From: Escherichia coli
GTDB lineage: Bacteria; Pseudomonadota; Gammaproteobacteria; Enterobacterales; Enterobacteriaceae
Direction: 5' to 3' (one strand)
NCBI RefSeq assembly: GCF_036507355.1
Contig: NZ_AP027877.1
Length of the DNA stretch: 64,000 bases
Shown here: in pieces, positions 1-16,312 of the stretch
Numbering within the stretch: the first letter of the stretch is position 1
Layout of the letters: each line of letters begins with the position of its first letter
Position numbers and translations under genes: made by a program
The notes under the pieces: model-generated
Database searches by the model: none
Told to the model about the DNA's origin: nothing
The model's input: only the letters and a program-made list of their open reading frames with translations

Positions 1-54
1 ATCGCCCCAGCAATCAGGAGCCACGACAGTTTGAGGGACTCTTGCCGGTTTCAT
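1..54 (-). CDS. yafS: 5' end (first 18 codons) of putative SAM-dependent methyltransferase YafS; gene continues beyond window start
   Basis: Reverse complement of 1..54 reads ATG AAA CCG GCA AGA GTC ... = MKPARVPQTVVAPDCWGD; divergent from gloB as in E. coli K-12. Confidence 0.5.
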   Translation of the reverse strand, partial: MKPARVPQTVVAPDCWGD

Positions 55-84
55 CACAACCTTCCGTTTCACACTGAGAGGTAA

Positions 85-843
<759 letters not shown>

Positions 844-914
844 TAAAACTTTCTTGTCATCGGCTCCGTTCGCCGTTATGATCGGTCGTCTTTTAAGCAA
901 CTATTGACACACAC

Positions 915-2273
915 ATGAAGGCAAAAGCGATATTACTCGCCTCTGTCCTGCTCGTGGGTTGCCAGAGTACCGGCAACGTTCAACAGCACGCACAGAGCCT
1001 TTCTGCAGCTGGTCAAGGGGAAGCAGCAAAGTTTACAAGTCAGGCACGATGGATGGACGATGGGACGTCTATCGCGCCAGATGGTGACTTGTGGGCTTTC
1101 ATTGGCGACGAGCTAAAGATGGGAATTCCGGAAAATGACCGGATTCGCGAACAGAAACAGAAATATTTACGCAATAAGAGCTATCTCCACGATGTAACTT
1201 TACGGGCAGAGCCGTATATGTACTGGATAGCCGGGCAAGTTAAAAAACGTAACATGCCTATGGAACTGGTACTACTACCCATAGTGGAGAGCGCTTTTGA
1301 TCCTCACGCAACGTCTGGCGCCAATGCCGCAGGCATCTGGCAGATCATTCCGAGCACGGGGCGCAATTATGGTTTGAAACAGACCCGCAATTATGACGCG
1401 CGTCGCGATGTTGTTGCTTCAACAACTGCCGCGCTGAACATGATGCAGCGTCTGAACAAAATGTTTGACGGCGACTGGCTTCTGACCGTAGCGGCTTATA
1501 ACAGCGGCGAAGGTCGGGTCATGAAGGCAATTAAAACGAACAAAGCGCGTGGGAAATCCACGGACTTCTGGTCGTTACCGTTGCCGCAGGAAACGAAGCA
1601 GTACGTGCCTAAAATGCTGGCATTGAGTGATATTCTCAAAAACAGCAAGCGTTATGGCGTACGTCTGCCAACGACCGATGAAAGCCGTGCTCTGGCGCGT
1701 GTGCACCTGAGCAGCCCGGTTGAAATGGCGAAGGTTGCAGATATGGCGGGGATTTCCGTCAGCAAGCTGAAGACATTCAACGCTGGCGTGAAAGGCTCCA
1801 CGCTGGGCGCAAGTGGTCCGCAATACGTGATGGTGCCAAAGAAGCATGCAGATCAACTGCGTGAATCTCTGGCTTCAGGCGAAATTGCTGCTGTACAGTC
1901 GACGCTGGTTGCCGACAATACGCCGCTTAACAGCCGTGTTTACACCGTACGCTCTGGCGACACGCTTTCAAGTATCGCTTCACGTCTCGGCGTAAGCACC
2001 AAAGATTTGCAGCAGTGGAACAAACTGCGCGGATCTAAGCTGAAGCCAGGCCAAAGTTTGACGATTGGTGCAGGCAGTAGCGCACAGCGACTGGCAAACA
2101 ACAGCGATAGCATTACGTATCGTGTGCGCAAAGGCGATTCGCTTTCAAGCATTGCTAAACGCCACGGCGTGAACATCAAAGATGTGATGCGCTGGAACAG
2201 CGACACTGCGAATCTGCAACCAGGCGATAAGCTGACGTTGTTTGTGAAAAACAACAACATGCCAGATTCCTGA
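915..2273 (+). CDS. mltD: membrane-bound lytic murein transglycosylase D with C-terminal LysM repeats
   Basis: 452-aa ORF, lipoprotein signal (LLASVLLVGCQ), two LysM-like repeats (YTVRSGDTLSSIA / YRVRKGDSLSSIA). Confidence 0.93.
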   Translation: MKAKAILLASVLLVGCQSTGNVQQHAQSLSAAGQGEAAKFTSQARWMDDGTSIAPDGDLWAFIGDELKMGIPENDRIREQKQKYLRNKSYLHDVTLRAEPYMYWIAGQVKKRNMPMELVLLPIVESAFDPHATSGANAAGIWQIIPSTGRNYGLKQTRNYDARRDVVASTTAALNMMQRLNKMFDGDWLLTVAAYNSGEGRVMKAIKTNKARGKSTDFWSLPLPQETKQYVPKMLALSDILKNSKRYGVRLPTTDESRALARVHLSSPVEMAKVADMAGISVSKLKTFNAGVKGSTLGASGPQYVMVPKKHADQLRESLASGEIAAVQSTLVADNTPLNSRVYTVRSGDTLSSIASRLGVSTKDLQQWNKLRGSKLKPGQSLTIGAGSSAQRLANNSDSITYRVRKGDSLSSIAKRHGVNIKDVMRWNSDTANLQPGDKLTLFVKNNNMPDS

Positions 2274-2285
2274 CAAACCAGATAA

Positions 2286-2320
2286 TAAAAAGGCACCGAT
2301 TCCCCCGGTGCCTTTTTTAT
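2286..2320. terminator. bidirectional rho-independent terminator between convergent mltD and yafE
   Basis: GC stem ggcaccg...cggtgcc flanked by A-run upstream and T-run downstream. Confidence 0.6.
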
Positions 2321-3091
2321 TTATGCCGCTTTATGTGCATCTACCATGATGATATCACTGGTGAAAGAGCCATCATTCTGCAAGGCAAAATACGTTCTCA
2401 CCTCTGTCGATGCGCTCTGTTGGTAAATGCGAATAGCGTCTACTAACGCTTCTGGCGTACGCATTCTCGCGCCCCATGAAGAAAATTCCAGCGGTAACTT
2501 ATCTGTAATTAAATTATCAACTATCAGATTGGCTTCATTGATTAACCTCAACCACTCACCGCTGGCGTAGTTTCGTACGTGAGAGGTATCGCGTAATGCT
2601 TCTACCGTCTGTAACCAGATGTCGCGCACTGGGTGGCCCGGAGACATTACGTCCATCACAATCAGCCTACCGCCAGGTTTCAATATCCGGTTCACTTCAC
2701 GCAGTGCTGCACCAACATCATGCCAGTGATGGGCAGAATAACGGCTGATAACAATATCAAATGCGTTATCGGCAAATGGCAGACTTTCGGCATAACCCTG
2801 GCGGGTGGTGATATTTTTCAGTTGCCGGACTTCGGCAGCTTGTGCCACGACATCCAGCATTTGGGCAGATAAGTCATACGCCACCACCGTGCTCACGTTT
2901 TGCGCAGCGACAAAGCTGGCATGCCCTGCTCCGCAGCCCATATCAAGTACACTTGCATCAGGATAATCAGCCAGACACACCGCCAGGCGCTGTAAATCTC
3001 GTCCGGATGCATGTACGGTACTGGTCAGATATTCGCTGGCTTGAGAGCTAAACTGCTTTTCTACATGGTCATGGTGGGATTGTATTGTCAT
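2321..3091 (-). CDS. yafE: class I SAM-dependent methyltransferase
   Basis: 256-aa ORF, ATG start; motif I VLDMGCGAGH; position between yafD and mltD matches K-12 yafE. Confidence 0.85.
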   Translation of the reverse strand: MTIQSHHDHVEKQFSSQASEYLTSTVHASGRDLQRLAVCLADYPDASVLDMGCGAGHASFVAAQNVSTVVAYDLSAQMLDVVAQAAEVRQLKNITTRQGYAESLPFADNAFDIVISRYSAHHWHDVGAALREVNRILKPGGRLIVMDVMSPGHPVRDIWLQTVEALRDTSHVRNYASGEWLRLINEANLIVDNLITDKLPLEFSSWGARMRTPEALVDAIRIYQQSASTEVRTYFALQNDGSFTSDIIMVDAHKAA

Positions 3092-3168
3092 TGCGCTGTC
3101 CTTTTGTTATTTGAGTATAAAAGGGCAGCGCCAAACGTTGGTCTGCCCTGTGGCAGACCTGACATACC

Positions 3169-4020
<852 letters not shown>

Positions 4021-4209
4021 CTACTGTTATAGGGATTTTAGCTCACTCTTTCAACGAGCAATTGTATATTGTTATGTAAGCAAGTGCTTACACCGGTCAG
4101 AATTTTGCTCATTATTGAGAACATTAAATCGGATGACATATCACGCATCCTGATGGTTTAATGACAAATAAATTCAAAATATCTCTTCTATTTTGCAACA
4201 GGAGCAAAA

Positions 4210-5124
4210 ATGAAAGCCACTTCGGAAGAACTCGCCATTTTTGTTTCGGTCGTAGAAAGCGGCAGCTTTAGCCGGGCAGCGGAACAATTAGGGCAAGCAA
4301 ACTCAGCGGTAAGCCGGGCGGTGAAAAAGCTGGAGATGAAACTTGGCGTTAGCCTGCTTAATCGGACCACGCGACAACTTAGCCTGACGGAAGAAGGCGA
4401 GCGTTATTTCCGTCGCGTACAGTCAATTTTGCAGGAGATGGCAGCGGCAGAATCAGAAATTATGGAGACGCGTAATACACCGCGTGGACTGTTACGGATC
4501 GATGCCGCAACTCCAGTGGTGCTGCACTTTCTGATGCCGTTAATTAAGCCTTTCCGTGAACGCTATCCGGAAGTCACTTTGTCGCTAGTCTCCTCCGAAA
4601 CGATTATTAATTTGATCGAAAGAAAAGTGGATGTCGCGATACGCGCTGGTACGTTAACGGATTCCAGCTTACGTGCCAGGCCGTTATTTAACAGTTATCG
4701 AAAAATTATCGCCTCCCCCGATTATATTTCCCGCTACGGGAAGCCAGAAACGATCGACGATTTAAAGCAACATGTTTGCCTGGGATTCACTGAACCCGCT
4801 TCCCTCAATACCTGGCCGATAGCCTGTAGCGATGGACAATTACATGAGGTGAAGTACGGTTTGTCATCCAATAGTGGGGAAACACTGAAACAGCTTTGCC
4901 TGAGTGGCAACGGGATTGCGTGTTTGTCCGACTATATGATCGACAGAGAAATCGCTCGCGGAGAATTGGTGGAGTTAATGGCAGATAAAGTGTTGCCAGT
5001 GGAAATGCCATTCAGTGCAGTCTATTACAGCGACCGTGCGGTAAGTACGCGCATCCGGGCTTTTATCGATTTCCTTAGCGAGCATGTAAAAACAGCTCCC
5101 GGAGGAGCTGTCAGAGAGGCTTAA
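4210..5124 (+). CDS. yafC: LysR-family transcriptional regulator
   Basis: 304-aa ORF, ATG start preceded by ggag; N-terminal LysR HTH ([32 protein letters not shown]). Confidence 0.9.
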   Translation: MKATSEELAIFVSVVESGSFSRAAEQLGQANSAVSRAVKKLEMKLGVSLLNRTTRQLSLTEEGERYFRRVQSILQEMAAAESEIMETRNTPRGLLRIDAATPVVLHFLMPLIKPFRERYPEVTLSLVSSETIINLIERKVDVAIRAGTLTDSSLRARPLFNSYRKIIASPDYISRYGKPETIDDLKQHVCLGFTEPASLNTWPIACSDGQLHEVKYGLSSNSGETLKQLCLSGNGIACLSDYMIDREIARGELVELMADKVLPVEMPFSAVYYSDRAVSTRIRAFIDFLSEHVKTAPGGAVREA

Positions 5125-5924
5125 TCCCATTCAGGAGCCAGACCTTCCGGGCTAACCAGGCGGTCGTTGCAATCCAGTGCGGCGATCGCTTTTTTATCTT
5201 CGGCATCAAGCTGTAAATTTTGTGCCTTAAGATTACTTTCCAGGTTTTTACGTTTAGTAGAAGAAGGAATTACTGAGTAACCTTCCCCCATAGCCCACGC
5301 CAGAATCACTTGTGCCGGAGTCGCATTGTGTTTAGCTGCGATACGAGCAATAACCTCATCTTTCAGGGCCTTACCATACGCCAGCGTCATATAGGAAGTA
5401 ATATGGATGCCGTGCTGTTTAGCCAAGGCAACCACTTTACGGTTTTGCAGATAAGGAGAGAGTTCAATCTGGTTAGTAGCGATGTTTTCAGCGCCAACAG
5501 CAGCAATCGCCTTTTCCATCAATGGGATCGTGAAGTTGGAAATACCGATCTCACGCGTCAGCCCTTGTTTTTTGGCTTCCAGCAGCGCCTGCATAAACTC
5601 TTCAACAGCGACTTCATCGTTTGGTGACGGCCAGTGGATTAGCGTCAGATCAACATAATCGGTACGCAATTTTTGCAGGCTCTCTTTCAGACTTGGGATC
5701 AATTTGTCTTTGCTGAGATTTTCAATCCAGATTTTAGTGGTGATGTAGAGTTCATGACGTGGCACGCCACTTTCTGCAATCGCCTGACCTACTGCGGCTT
5801 CGTTATCATAGATTTGTGCGGTATCAATTGCGCGATAACCAAGTTCAAGCGCCGTTTTCACAGATGAAATAACAACGTCGTCTTTCAGACGGAAAGTACC
5901 TAAACCAAATGCAGGGATAGCCAT
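5121..5924 (-). CDS. dkgB: 2,5-diketo-D-gluconate reductase B / methylglyoxal reductase (aldo-keto reductase)
   Basis: 267-aa ORF, ATG start; AKR family signature; 4-bp convergent overlap with yafC stop. Confidence 0.92.
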   Translation of the reverse strand: MAIPAFGLGTFRLKDDVVISSVKTALELGYRAIDTAQIYDNEAAVGQAIAESGVPRHELYITTKIWIENLSKDKLIPSLKESLQKLRTDYVDLTLIHWPSPNDEVAVEEFMQALLEAKKQGLTREIGISNFTIPLMEKAIAAVGAENIATNQIELSPYLQNRKVVALAKQHGIHITSYMTLAYGKALKDEVIARIAAKHNATPAQVILAWAMGEGYSVIPSSTKRKNLESNLKAQNLQLDAEDKKAIAALDCNDRLVSPEGLAPEWD

Positions 5925-6044
5925 AATATGCCTCTTTTAATGCTATTTTCGTTAACTGAGGTGATTATGGGCTTCAGACTGTTGAGGAAAAAGAGCGTAA
6001 AACGCAGAGGATTTTTGCGATTTTAGCAATAATAGAAATGTAGA

Positions 6045-6078
6045 CGAAAAAAAACCTCGAGCGATAACTCGAGGCTTC
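6045..6078 (-). terminator. rho-independent terminator at the distal end of the rRNA operon
   Basis: On minus strand: stem cctcgag...ctcgagg followed by T8 run, immediately downstream of tRNA-Asp. Confidence 0.7.
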
Positions 6079-6086
6079 TTAATAAG

Positions 6087-6163
6087 TGGCGGAACGGACG
6101 GGACTCGAACCCGCGACCCCCTGCGTGACAGGCAGGTATTCTAACCGACTGAACTACCGCTCC
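6087..6163 (-). tRNA. aspU: tRNA-Asp (GUC), distal tRNA of rrnH operon
   Basis: Reverse complement matches GGAGCGGTAGTTCAGTCGGTTAGAATACCTGCCTGTCACGCAGGGGGTCGCGGGTTCGAGTCCCGTCCGTTCCGCCA. Confidence 0.93.
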
Positions 6164-6215
6164 ACCGAATTCTTTTACAACCACCGGTTTTATGACCGGC
6201 TTACTGCTTAATTTG

Positions 6216-6335
6216 ATGCCTGGCAGTTCCCTACTCTCGCATGGGGAGACCCCACACTACCATCGGCGCTACGGCGTTTCACTTCTGAGTTCGGCATGGG
6301 GTCAGGTGGGACCACCGCGCTACGGCCGCCAGGCA
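6216..6335 (-). rRNA. rrfH: 5S ribosomal RNA
   Basis: Reverse complement matches E. coli 5S rRNA from TGCCTGGCGGCCGTAGCGCGGTGGTCCCACC to ...GGGAACTGCCAGGCAT; 120 nt. Confidence 0.95.
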
Positions 6336-6427
6336 AATTCTGTTTTATCAGACCGCTTCTGCGTTCTGATTTAATCTGTATCAGGCTGAAAATCTTCTCT
6401 CATCCGCCAAAACAGCTTCGGCGTTGT

Positions 6428-9330
<2,903 letters not shown>

Positions 9331-9513
9331 TCACAACCCGAAGATGTTTCTTTCGATTCATCATCGTGTTGCGAAAATTTGAGAGACTCACGAACAACTC
9401 TCGTTGTTCAGTGTTTCAATTTTCAGCTTGATCCAGATTTTTAAAGAGCAAAACTTCGCAGTGAACCTTTGCAGGTACACTCTGAAGTATTTTTTATTTA
9501 ATCACTACAGAGA

Positions 9514-9589
9514 TGGTGGAGCTATGCGGGATCGAACCGCAGACCTCCTGCGTGCAAAGCAGGCGCTCTCCCAGCTGAGCTATAGCCCC
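9514..9589 (-). tRNA. alaV: tRNA-Ala (UGC), 16S-23S spacer tRNA
   Basis: Reverse complement matches GGGGCTATAGCTCAGCTGGGAGAGCGCCTGCTTTGCACGCAGGAGGTCTGCGGTTCGATCCCGCATAGCTCCACCA. Confidence 0.93.
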
Positions 9590-9631
9590 ATAACATGTAG
9601 TTAAAACCTCTTCAAATTTGCGGTGCAAATT

Positions 9632-9708
<77 letters not shown>

Positions 9709-9776
9709 GTAGAGGTTTTACTGCTCATTTTCATCAGACAATCTGTGTGAGCACTACAAAGAACGCTTCTTTAAGG

Positions 9777-11318
<1,542 letters not shown>

Positions 11319-11449
11319 AAAAGTTTGATGCTCAAAGAATTAAACTTCGTAATGAATTACGTGTTCACTCTTGAGACTTGGTATTCATTTTTCGTCTTGC
11401 GACGTTAAGAATCCGTATCTTCGAGTGCCCACACAGATTGTCTGATAAA

Positions 11450-11462
11450 TTGTTAAAGAGCA
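11450..11462 (-). promoter_or_regulatory. rrn leader boxA antitermination element
   Basis: Minus strand reads TGCTCTTTAACAA in the leader between P2 and 16S. Confidence 0.7.
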
Positions 11463-11499
11463 GTTGCGACGCGGCTTTCAGCTCACTGTCGCGAGGTGG

Positions 11500-11532
11500 C
11501 GTATATTACGCTTTCCTCTTTCAGAGTCAACC
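11500..11532 (-). promoter_or_regulatory. rrnH promoter P2
   Basis: Minus strand TTGACT (-35), about 16-bp spacer, TAATAT (-10); matches known rrn P2 architecture. Confidence 0.7.
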
Positions 11533-11599
11533 CTGAATTTCAGGATTTTTCTCTTCAACCGAACCGGCTGTTTGTGTGAAGTGATTCACATCCGCCGTG

Positions 11600-11700
11600 T
11601 CGATGGAGGCGCATTATAGGGAGTCATTTCAGGAAGACAAGCGGAAAAATGCATTTTTATTTCAACCGCTCATCTTTTAATCATTACGCCGGTTTTTGCT
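11600..11700 (-). promoter_or_regulatory. rrnH promoter P1 with upstream A/T-rich UP element / Fis-site region
   Basis: Minus strand reads cttgtcttcctgaaatgactccctataatgcgcctcc (TTGTCT -35, TATAAT -10); A/T-rich tract upstream (11641..11700) overlaps the gmhB 3' end. Confidence 0.75.
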
Positions 11701-12256
11701 GCTTTTTTATCGCTTGCGGCAGGTCTGCCAGGCTATTTAACACCCAATCTGCCGCGTTTTCTGCTTCAGGTGTAATAGGTTTACCCGTACGCACCAGCAC
11801 TTTTGTTCCCACGTTCGCCGCAACCGCTGCCTGCATATCTTCTAATTTATCGCCCACCATATAAGAAGCGGCCATATCAATATGCAAATAATCGCGTGCT
11901 GACAAAAGCATCCCCGGATGTGGTTTGCGGCAATCGCAGACCTGGCGAAACTCTTCAACACTACCCTGCGGATGATGCGGGCAATAATAGATACCATCCA
12001 GATCGACATCTCGGTCCGCCAGCGACCAGTCCATCCACTCGGTCAGCGTTTCAAACTGTGCTTCGGTAAATTTACCGCGAGCAATGCCAGACTGGTTGGT
12101 TACTACCACCAGCGCAAAGCCCATTTTTTTTAGCTCGCGCATGGCGTCAATAACACCGTCGATAAATTCAAAGTTGTCGATCTCATGGACATAGCCGTGA
12201 TCGACATTAATGGTGCCATCACGGTCAAGAAAAATTGCGGGTACGCTCTTCGCCAC
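11684..12256 (-). CDS. gmhB: D-glycero-beta-D-manno-heptose-1,7-bisphosphate 7-phosphatase
   Basis: 190-aa ORF; HAD-family motif FLDRDGTIN; start codon at 12254..12256 reads GTG; synteny (divergent from metN, upstream of rrsH). Confidence 0.88.
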   Translation of the reverse strand: MAKSVPAIFLDRDGTINVDHGYVHEIDNFEFIDGVIDAMRELKKMGFALVVVTNQSGIARGKFTEAQFETLTEWMDWSLADRDVDLDGIYYCPHHPQGSVEEFRQVCDCRKPHPGMLLSARDYLHIDMAASYMVGDKLEDMQAAVAANVGTKVLVRTGKPITPEAENAADWVLNSLADLPQAIKKQQKPA

Positions 12257-12345
12257 CTTTTATAGCTCCTTAATAAGGCATGTGACGCTAGTATCGCATG
12301 TTTCGACCTGCAAGAAAGTGCTCTTCGCATAAACCTGATTGATTT

Positions 12346-12353
12346 AGACGTCT
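12346..12353. promoter_or_regulatory. candidate MetJ operator (met box) in the metN promoter region
   Basis: Perfect palindromic AGACGTCT octamer in the gmhB/metN divergent intergenic region. Confidence 0.45.
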
Positions 12354-12443
12354 GGATGCCTTAACATCCATTTCATTGACGGCGTTGCCCGTTTCAGGCA
12401 TTCGAGATGCCACGACTAACTTAATGACGATAATAAATAATCA

Positions 12444-13475
12444 ATGATAAAACTTTCGAATATCACCAAAGTGTTCCACCAGGGCACCCGCACCATCCAG
12501 GCGTTGAACAACGTCAGCCTGCATGTGCCAGCTGGACAAATTTATGGCGTTATCGGTGCCTCAGGCGCGGGTAAGAGTACGCTTATACGTTGTGTAAACC
12601 TGCTGGAGCGCCCAACCGAGGGTAGCGTGCTGGTCGATGGACAGGAACTGACCACGCTGTCAGAATCCGAGTTGACCAAAGCTCGCCGCCAGATTGGTAT
12701 GATTTTCCAGCATTTTAACCTGCTCTCTTCGCGTACTGTTTTTGGCAACGTGGCTCTGCCGCTGGAGCTGGACAATACACCGAAAGACGAGATCAAACGT
12801 CGCGTGACGGAATTGCTGTCATTGGTTGGTCTTGGCGATAAGCATGATAGCTACCCGTCGAATCTTTCCGGTGGGCAGAAACAACGTGTGGCGATTGCCC
12901 GTGCATTAGCCAGCAATCCCAAAGTATTGCTGTGTGATGAAGCCACCAGCGCGCTGGACCCGGCAACGACACGTTCTATTCTCGAACTGCTGAAAGACAT
13001 CAACCGCCGTCTGGGTTTGACGATTCTGTTGATCACCCACGAAATGGACGTTGTGAAGCGTATTTGTGATTGCGTTGCGGTCATCAGCAATGGCGAACTG
13101 ATCGAGCAGGACACGGTAAGTGAAGTGTTCTCACATCCGAAAACGCCGCTGGCGCAGAAGTTTATTCAGTCAACCCTGCATCTGGATATCCCGGAAGATT
13201 ACCAGGAACGTCTGCAAGCGGAGCCATTCACTGACTGCGTGCCGATGCTGCGTCTGGAGTTTACCGGTCAATCGGTCGATGCCCCACTGCTTTCTGAAAC
13301 CGCGCGTCGTTTCAACGTCAACAACAACATTATTAGCGCGCAGATGGACTACGCCGGTGGCGTTAAGTTCGGCATCATGCTGACTGAAATGCACGGCACA
13401 CAACAAGATACGCAAGCCGCCATTGCCTGGCTGCAGGAACACCATGTAAAAGTAGAGGTACTGGGTTATGTCTGA
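12444..13475 (+). CDS. metN: D-methionine ABC transporter, ATP-binding subunit
   Basis: 343-aa ORF, ATG start; Walker [13 protein letters not shown] signature LSGGQKQR, Walker [12 protein letters not shown]. Confidence 0.95.
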
Positions 13476-14121
13476 GCCGATGATGTGGCTGCTGGTTCGT
13501 GGCGTATGGGAAACGCTGGCAATGACCTTCGTATCCGGATTTTTTGGGTTTGTGATTGGTCTGCCGGTTGGCGTCCTGCTTTATGTCACGCGTCCGGGGC
13601 AAATTATTGCTAACGCGAAGCTGTATCGTACCGTTTCTGCGATTGTGAATATTTTCCGTTCCATCCCGTTCATTATCTTGCTGGTATGGATGATTCCGTT
13701 TACCCGCGTTATTGTCGGTACATCGATTGGTTTGCAGGCAGCAATTGTTCCGTTAACCGTTGGTGCAGCACCGTTTATTGCCCGTATGGTCGAGAACGCT
13801 CTGCTGGAGATCCCAACCGGGTTAATTGAAGCTTCCCGCGCAATGGGTGCCACGCCAATGCAGATCGTCCGTAAAGTGCTGTTACCGGAAGCGTTGCCGG
13901 GTCTGGTGAATGCGGCAACTATCACCCTGATTACCCTGGTCGGTTATTCCGCGATGGGTGGTGCAGTCGGTGCCGGTGGTTTAGGTCAGATTGGCTATCA
14001 GTATGGCTACATCGGCTACAACGCGACGGTGATGAATACGGTACTGGTATTGCTGGTCATTCTGGTTTATTTAATTCAGTTCGCAGGCGACCGCATCGTC
14101 CGGGCTGTCACTCGCAAGTAA
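13468..14121 (+). CDS. metI: D-methionine ABC transporter permease
   Basis: 217-aa hydrophobic ORF; 8-bp overlap with metN; synteny. Confidence 0.95.
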
Positions 14122-14160
14122 CGTTCAACACAACATAAATAATTGAAGAAGGAATAAGGT

Positions 14161-14976
14161 ATGGCGTTCAAATTCAAAACCTTTGCGGCAGTGGGAGCCC
14201 TGATTGGATCACTGGCACTGGTAGGCTGCGGTCAGGATGAAAAAGATCCAAACCACATTAAAGTCGGCGTGATTGTTGGTGCCGAACAGCAGGTTGCAGA
14301 AGTCGCGCAGAAAGTTGCGAAAGACAAATATGGCCTGGACGTTGAGCTGGTAACCTTCAACGACTATGTTCTGCCAAACGAAGCATTGAGCAAAGGCGAT
14401 ATCGACGCCAACGCCTTCCAGCATAAACCGTACCTTGATCAGCAACTGAAAGATCGTGGCTACAAACTGGTCGCAGTAGGCAACACTTTTGTTTATCCGA
14501 TTGCAGGTTACTCCAAGAAAATCAAATCACTGGATGAACTGCAGGATGGTTCGCAGGTTGCCGTGCCAAACGACCCAACTAACCTTGGTCGTTCACTGCT
14601 GCTGCTGCAAAAAGTGGGCTTGATCAAACTGAAAGATGGCGTTGGCCTGCTGCCGACCGTTCTTGATGTTGTTGAGAACCCCAAAAATCTGAAAATTGTT
14701 GAGCTGGAAGCACCGCAGCTGCCGCGTTCTCTGGACGACGCGCAAATCGCTCTGGCAGTTATCAATACCACCTATGCCAGCCAGATTGGCCTGACTCCAG
14801 CGAAAGACGGTATCTTTGTCGAAGATAAAGACTCCCCGTACGTAAACCTGATCGTAACGCGTGAAGATAACAAAGACGCCGAGAACGTGAAGAAATTCGT
14901 CCAGGCTTATCAGTCTGACGAAGTTTACGAAGCAGCAAACAAAGTGTTTAACGGCGGCGCTGTTAAAGGCTGGTAA
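14161..14976 (+). CDS. metQ: D-methionine-binding lipoprotein
   Basis: 271-aa ORF; lipobox LALVGCGQ; NlpA-family; synteny. Confidence 0.95.
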   Translation: MAFKFKTFAAVGALIGSLALVGCGQDEKDPNHIKVGVIVGAEQQVAEVAQKVAKDKYGLDVELVTFNDYVLPNEALSKGDIDANAFQHKPYLDQQLKDRGYKLVAVGNTFVYPIAGYSKKIKSLDELQDGSQVAVPNDPTNLGRSLLLLQKVGLIKLKDGVGLLPTVLDVVENPKNLKIVELEAPQLPRSLDDAQIALAVINTTYASQIGLTPAKDGIFVEDKDSPYVNLIVTREDNKDAENVKKFVQAYQSDEVYEAANKVFNGGAVKGW

Positions 14977-15013
14977 TTTTTAGGCTGTTTCCACAATTTG
15001 TAATATCATTCAG

Positions 15014-15045
15014 GACGGGCGCTTGCCCGTCTTGTCATTTTTACA
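15014..15045 (+). terminator. rho-independent terminator after metQ
   Basis: Hairpin gacgggcgcttgcccgtc followed by T-rich run. Confidence 0.6.
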
Positions 15046-15093
15046 AGCTCCTGATTCAATATTGACGTTTTGATCATACATTGAGGAAATACT

Positions 15094-15498
15094 ATGCGTG
15101 CTTTACCGATCTGTTTAGTAGCACTCATGCTAAGCGGCTGTTCCATGTTAAGCAGATCCCCTGTCGAACCCGTTCAAAGCACTGCACCCCAGCCGAAAGC
15201 GGAGCCTGCAAAACCGAAAGCGCCGCGCGCCACGCCGGTCCGAATTTATACCAATGCAGAAGAATTAGTCGGCAAACCGTTCCGCGATCTCGGTGAAGTC
15301 AGTGGCGACTCTTGCCAGGCCTCTAATCAGGACTCTCCGCCGAGCATTCCAACCGCACGTAAGCGGATGCAAATCAACGCCTCGAAAATGAAAGCCAATG
15401 CGGTATTACTGCACAGCTGCGAAGTCACCAGCGGTACGCCAGGCTGCTATCGTCAGGCTGTATGTATCGGTTCTGCGCTTAACATTACGGCGAAATGA
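15094..15498 (+). CDS. rcsF: outer-membrane lipoprotein sensor of the Rcs phosphorelay
   Basis: 134-aa ORF; lipobox LMLSGCSM, Pro-rich linker, conserved Cys residues. Confidence 0.93.
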   Translation: MRALPICLVALMLSGCSMLSRSPVEPVQSTAPQPKAEPAKPKAPRATPVRIYTNAEELVGKPFRDLGEVSGDSCQASNQDSPPSIPTARKRMQINASKMKANAVLLHSCEVTSGTPGCYRQAVCIGSALNITAK

Positions 15499-16202
15499 GC
15501 AGTTTCCAGTTCGAGCAAATAGGTGTTATTCGCTCGCCCTATAAAGAAAAATTCGCCGTTCCGCGCCAGCCAGGTCTGGTAAAAAGCGCCAACGGCGAAC
15601 TGCATCTCATTGCTCCCTACAACCAGGCCGACGCCGTTCGCGGCCTGGAAGCGTTCAGCCATTTATGGATCCTTTTCGTCTTTCATCAAACGATGGAAGG
15701 CGGCTGGCGTCCGACTGTGCGTCCACCGCGCCTCGGCGGTAACGCCAGAATGGGGGTTTTCGCAACACGCTCTACTTTCCGCCCTAACCCAATTGGCATG
15801 TCGCTGGTAGAGCTGAAAGAGGTTGTTTGCCATAAAGACAGCGTGATTCTGAAGCTCGGCAGTCTGGATCTGGTCGATGGTACGCCGGTAGTGGATATCA
15901 AACCGTATCTCCCCTTTGCCGAATCGCTTCCCGATGCCAGTGCCAGCTATGCGCAAAGTGCGCCAGCTGCAGAGATGGCGGTGAGTTTTACCGCAGAGGT
16001 CGAAAAGCAGCTTTTGACGCTGGAGAAGCGTTATCCGCAGTTAACGCTGTTTATCCGCGAAGTACTGGCGCAGGACCCGCGCCCAGCCTATCGTAAAGGT
16101 GAGGAAACGGGCAAAACCTATGCCGTCTGGCTGCATGATTTTAACGTTCGCTGGCGCGTCACCGACGCAGGTTTTGAAGTCTTTGCGCTGGAACCGCGTT
16201 AA
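15495..16202 (+). CDS. trmO: tRNA (adenine37-N6)-methyltransferase TrmO (formerly YaeB/TsaA)
   Basis: 235-aa ORF overlapping rcsF stop by 4 bp (ATGA); synteny upstream of proS. Confidence 0.9.
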   Translation: MSSFQFEQIGVIRSPYKEKFAVPRQPGLVKSANGELHLIAPYNQADAVRGLEAFSHLWILFVFHQTMEGGWRPTVRPPRLGGNARMGVFATRSTFRPNPIGMSLVELKEVVCHKDSVILKLGSLDLVDGTPVVDIKPYLPFAESLPDASASYAQSAPAAEMAVSFTAEVEKQLLTLEKRYPQLTLFIREVLAQDPRPAYRKGEETGKTYAVWLHDFNVRWRVTDAGFEVFALEPR

Positions 16203-16312
16203 ATTCACGCCCTTCTCTTTTGACATTTCTTTTGCACTGGTAAACTAAATCACTTTTTTTGTCCCAGGCTCGCCTTGAGCCTGTTCTACCTTCCAACTGG
16301 AACCGTAACAAC

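Noticed and set aside
6045-6163. Possible genomic island or prophage integrated at the tRNA-Asp gene
   Set aside because: tRNA genes are common integration sites, but here dkgB follows the operon terminator directly with no integrase, direct repeat of the tRNA 3' end or foreign DNA.
11684-12256. gmhB one codon shorter than I recall for K-12 (190 vs 191 aa), possibly from a changed terminal codon
   Set aside because: It depends entirely on my memory of the reference length and C-terminus, and a one-residue difference at the extreme C-terminus is unlikely to matter.
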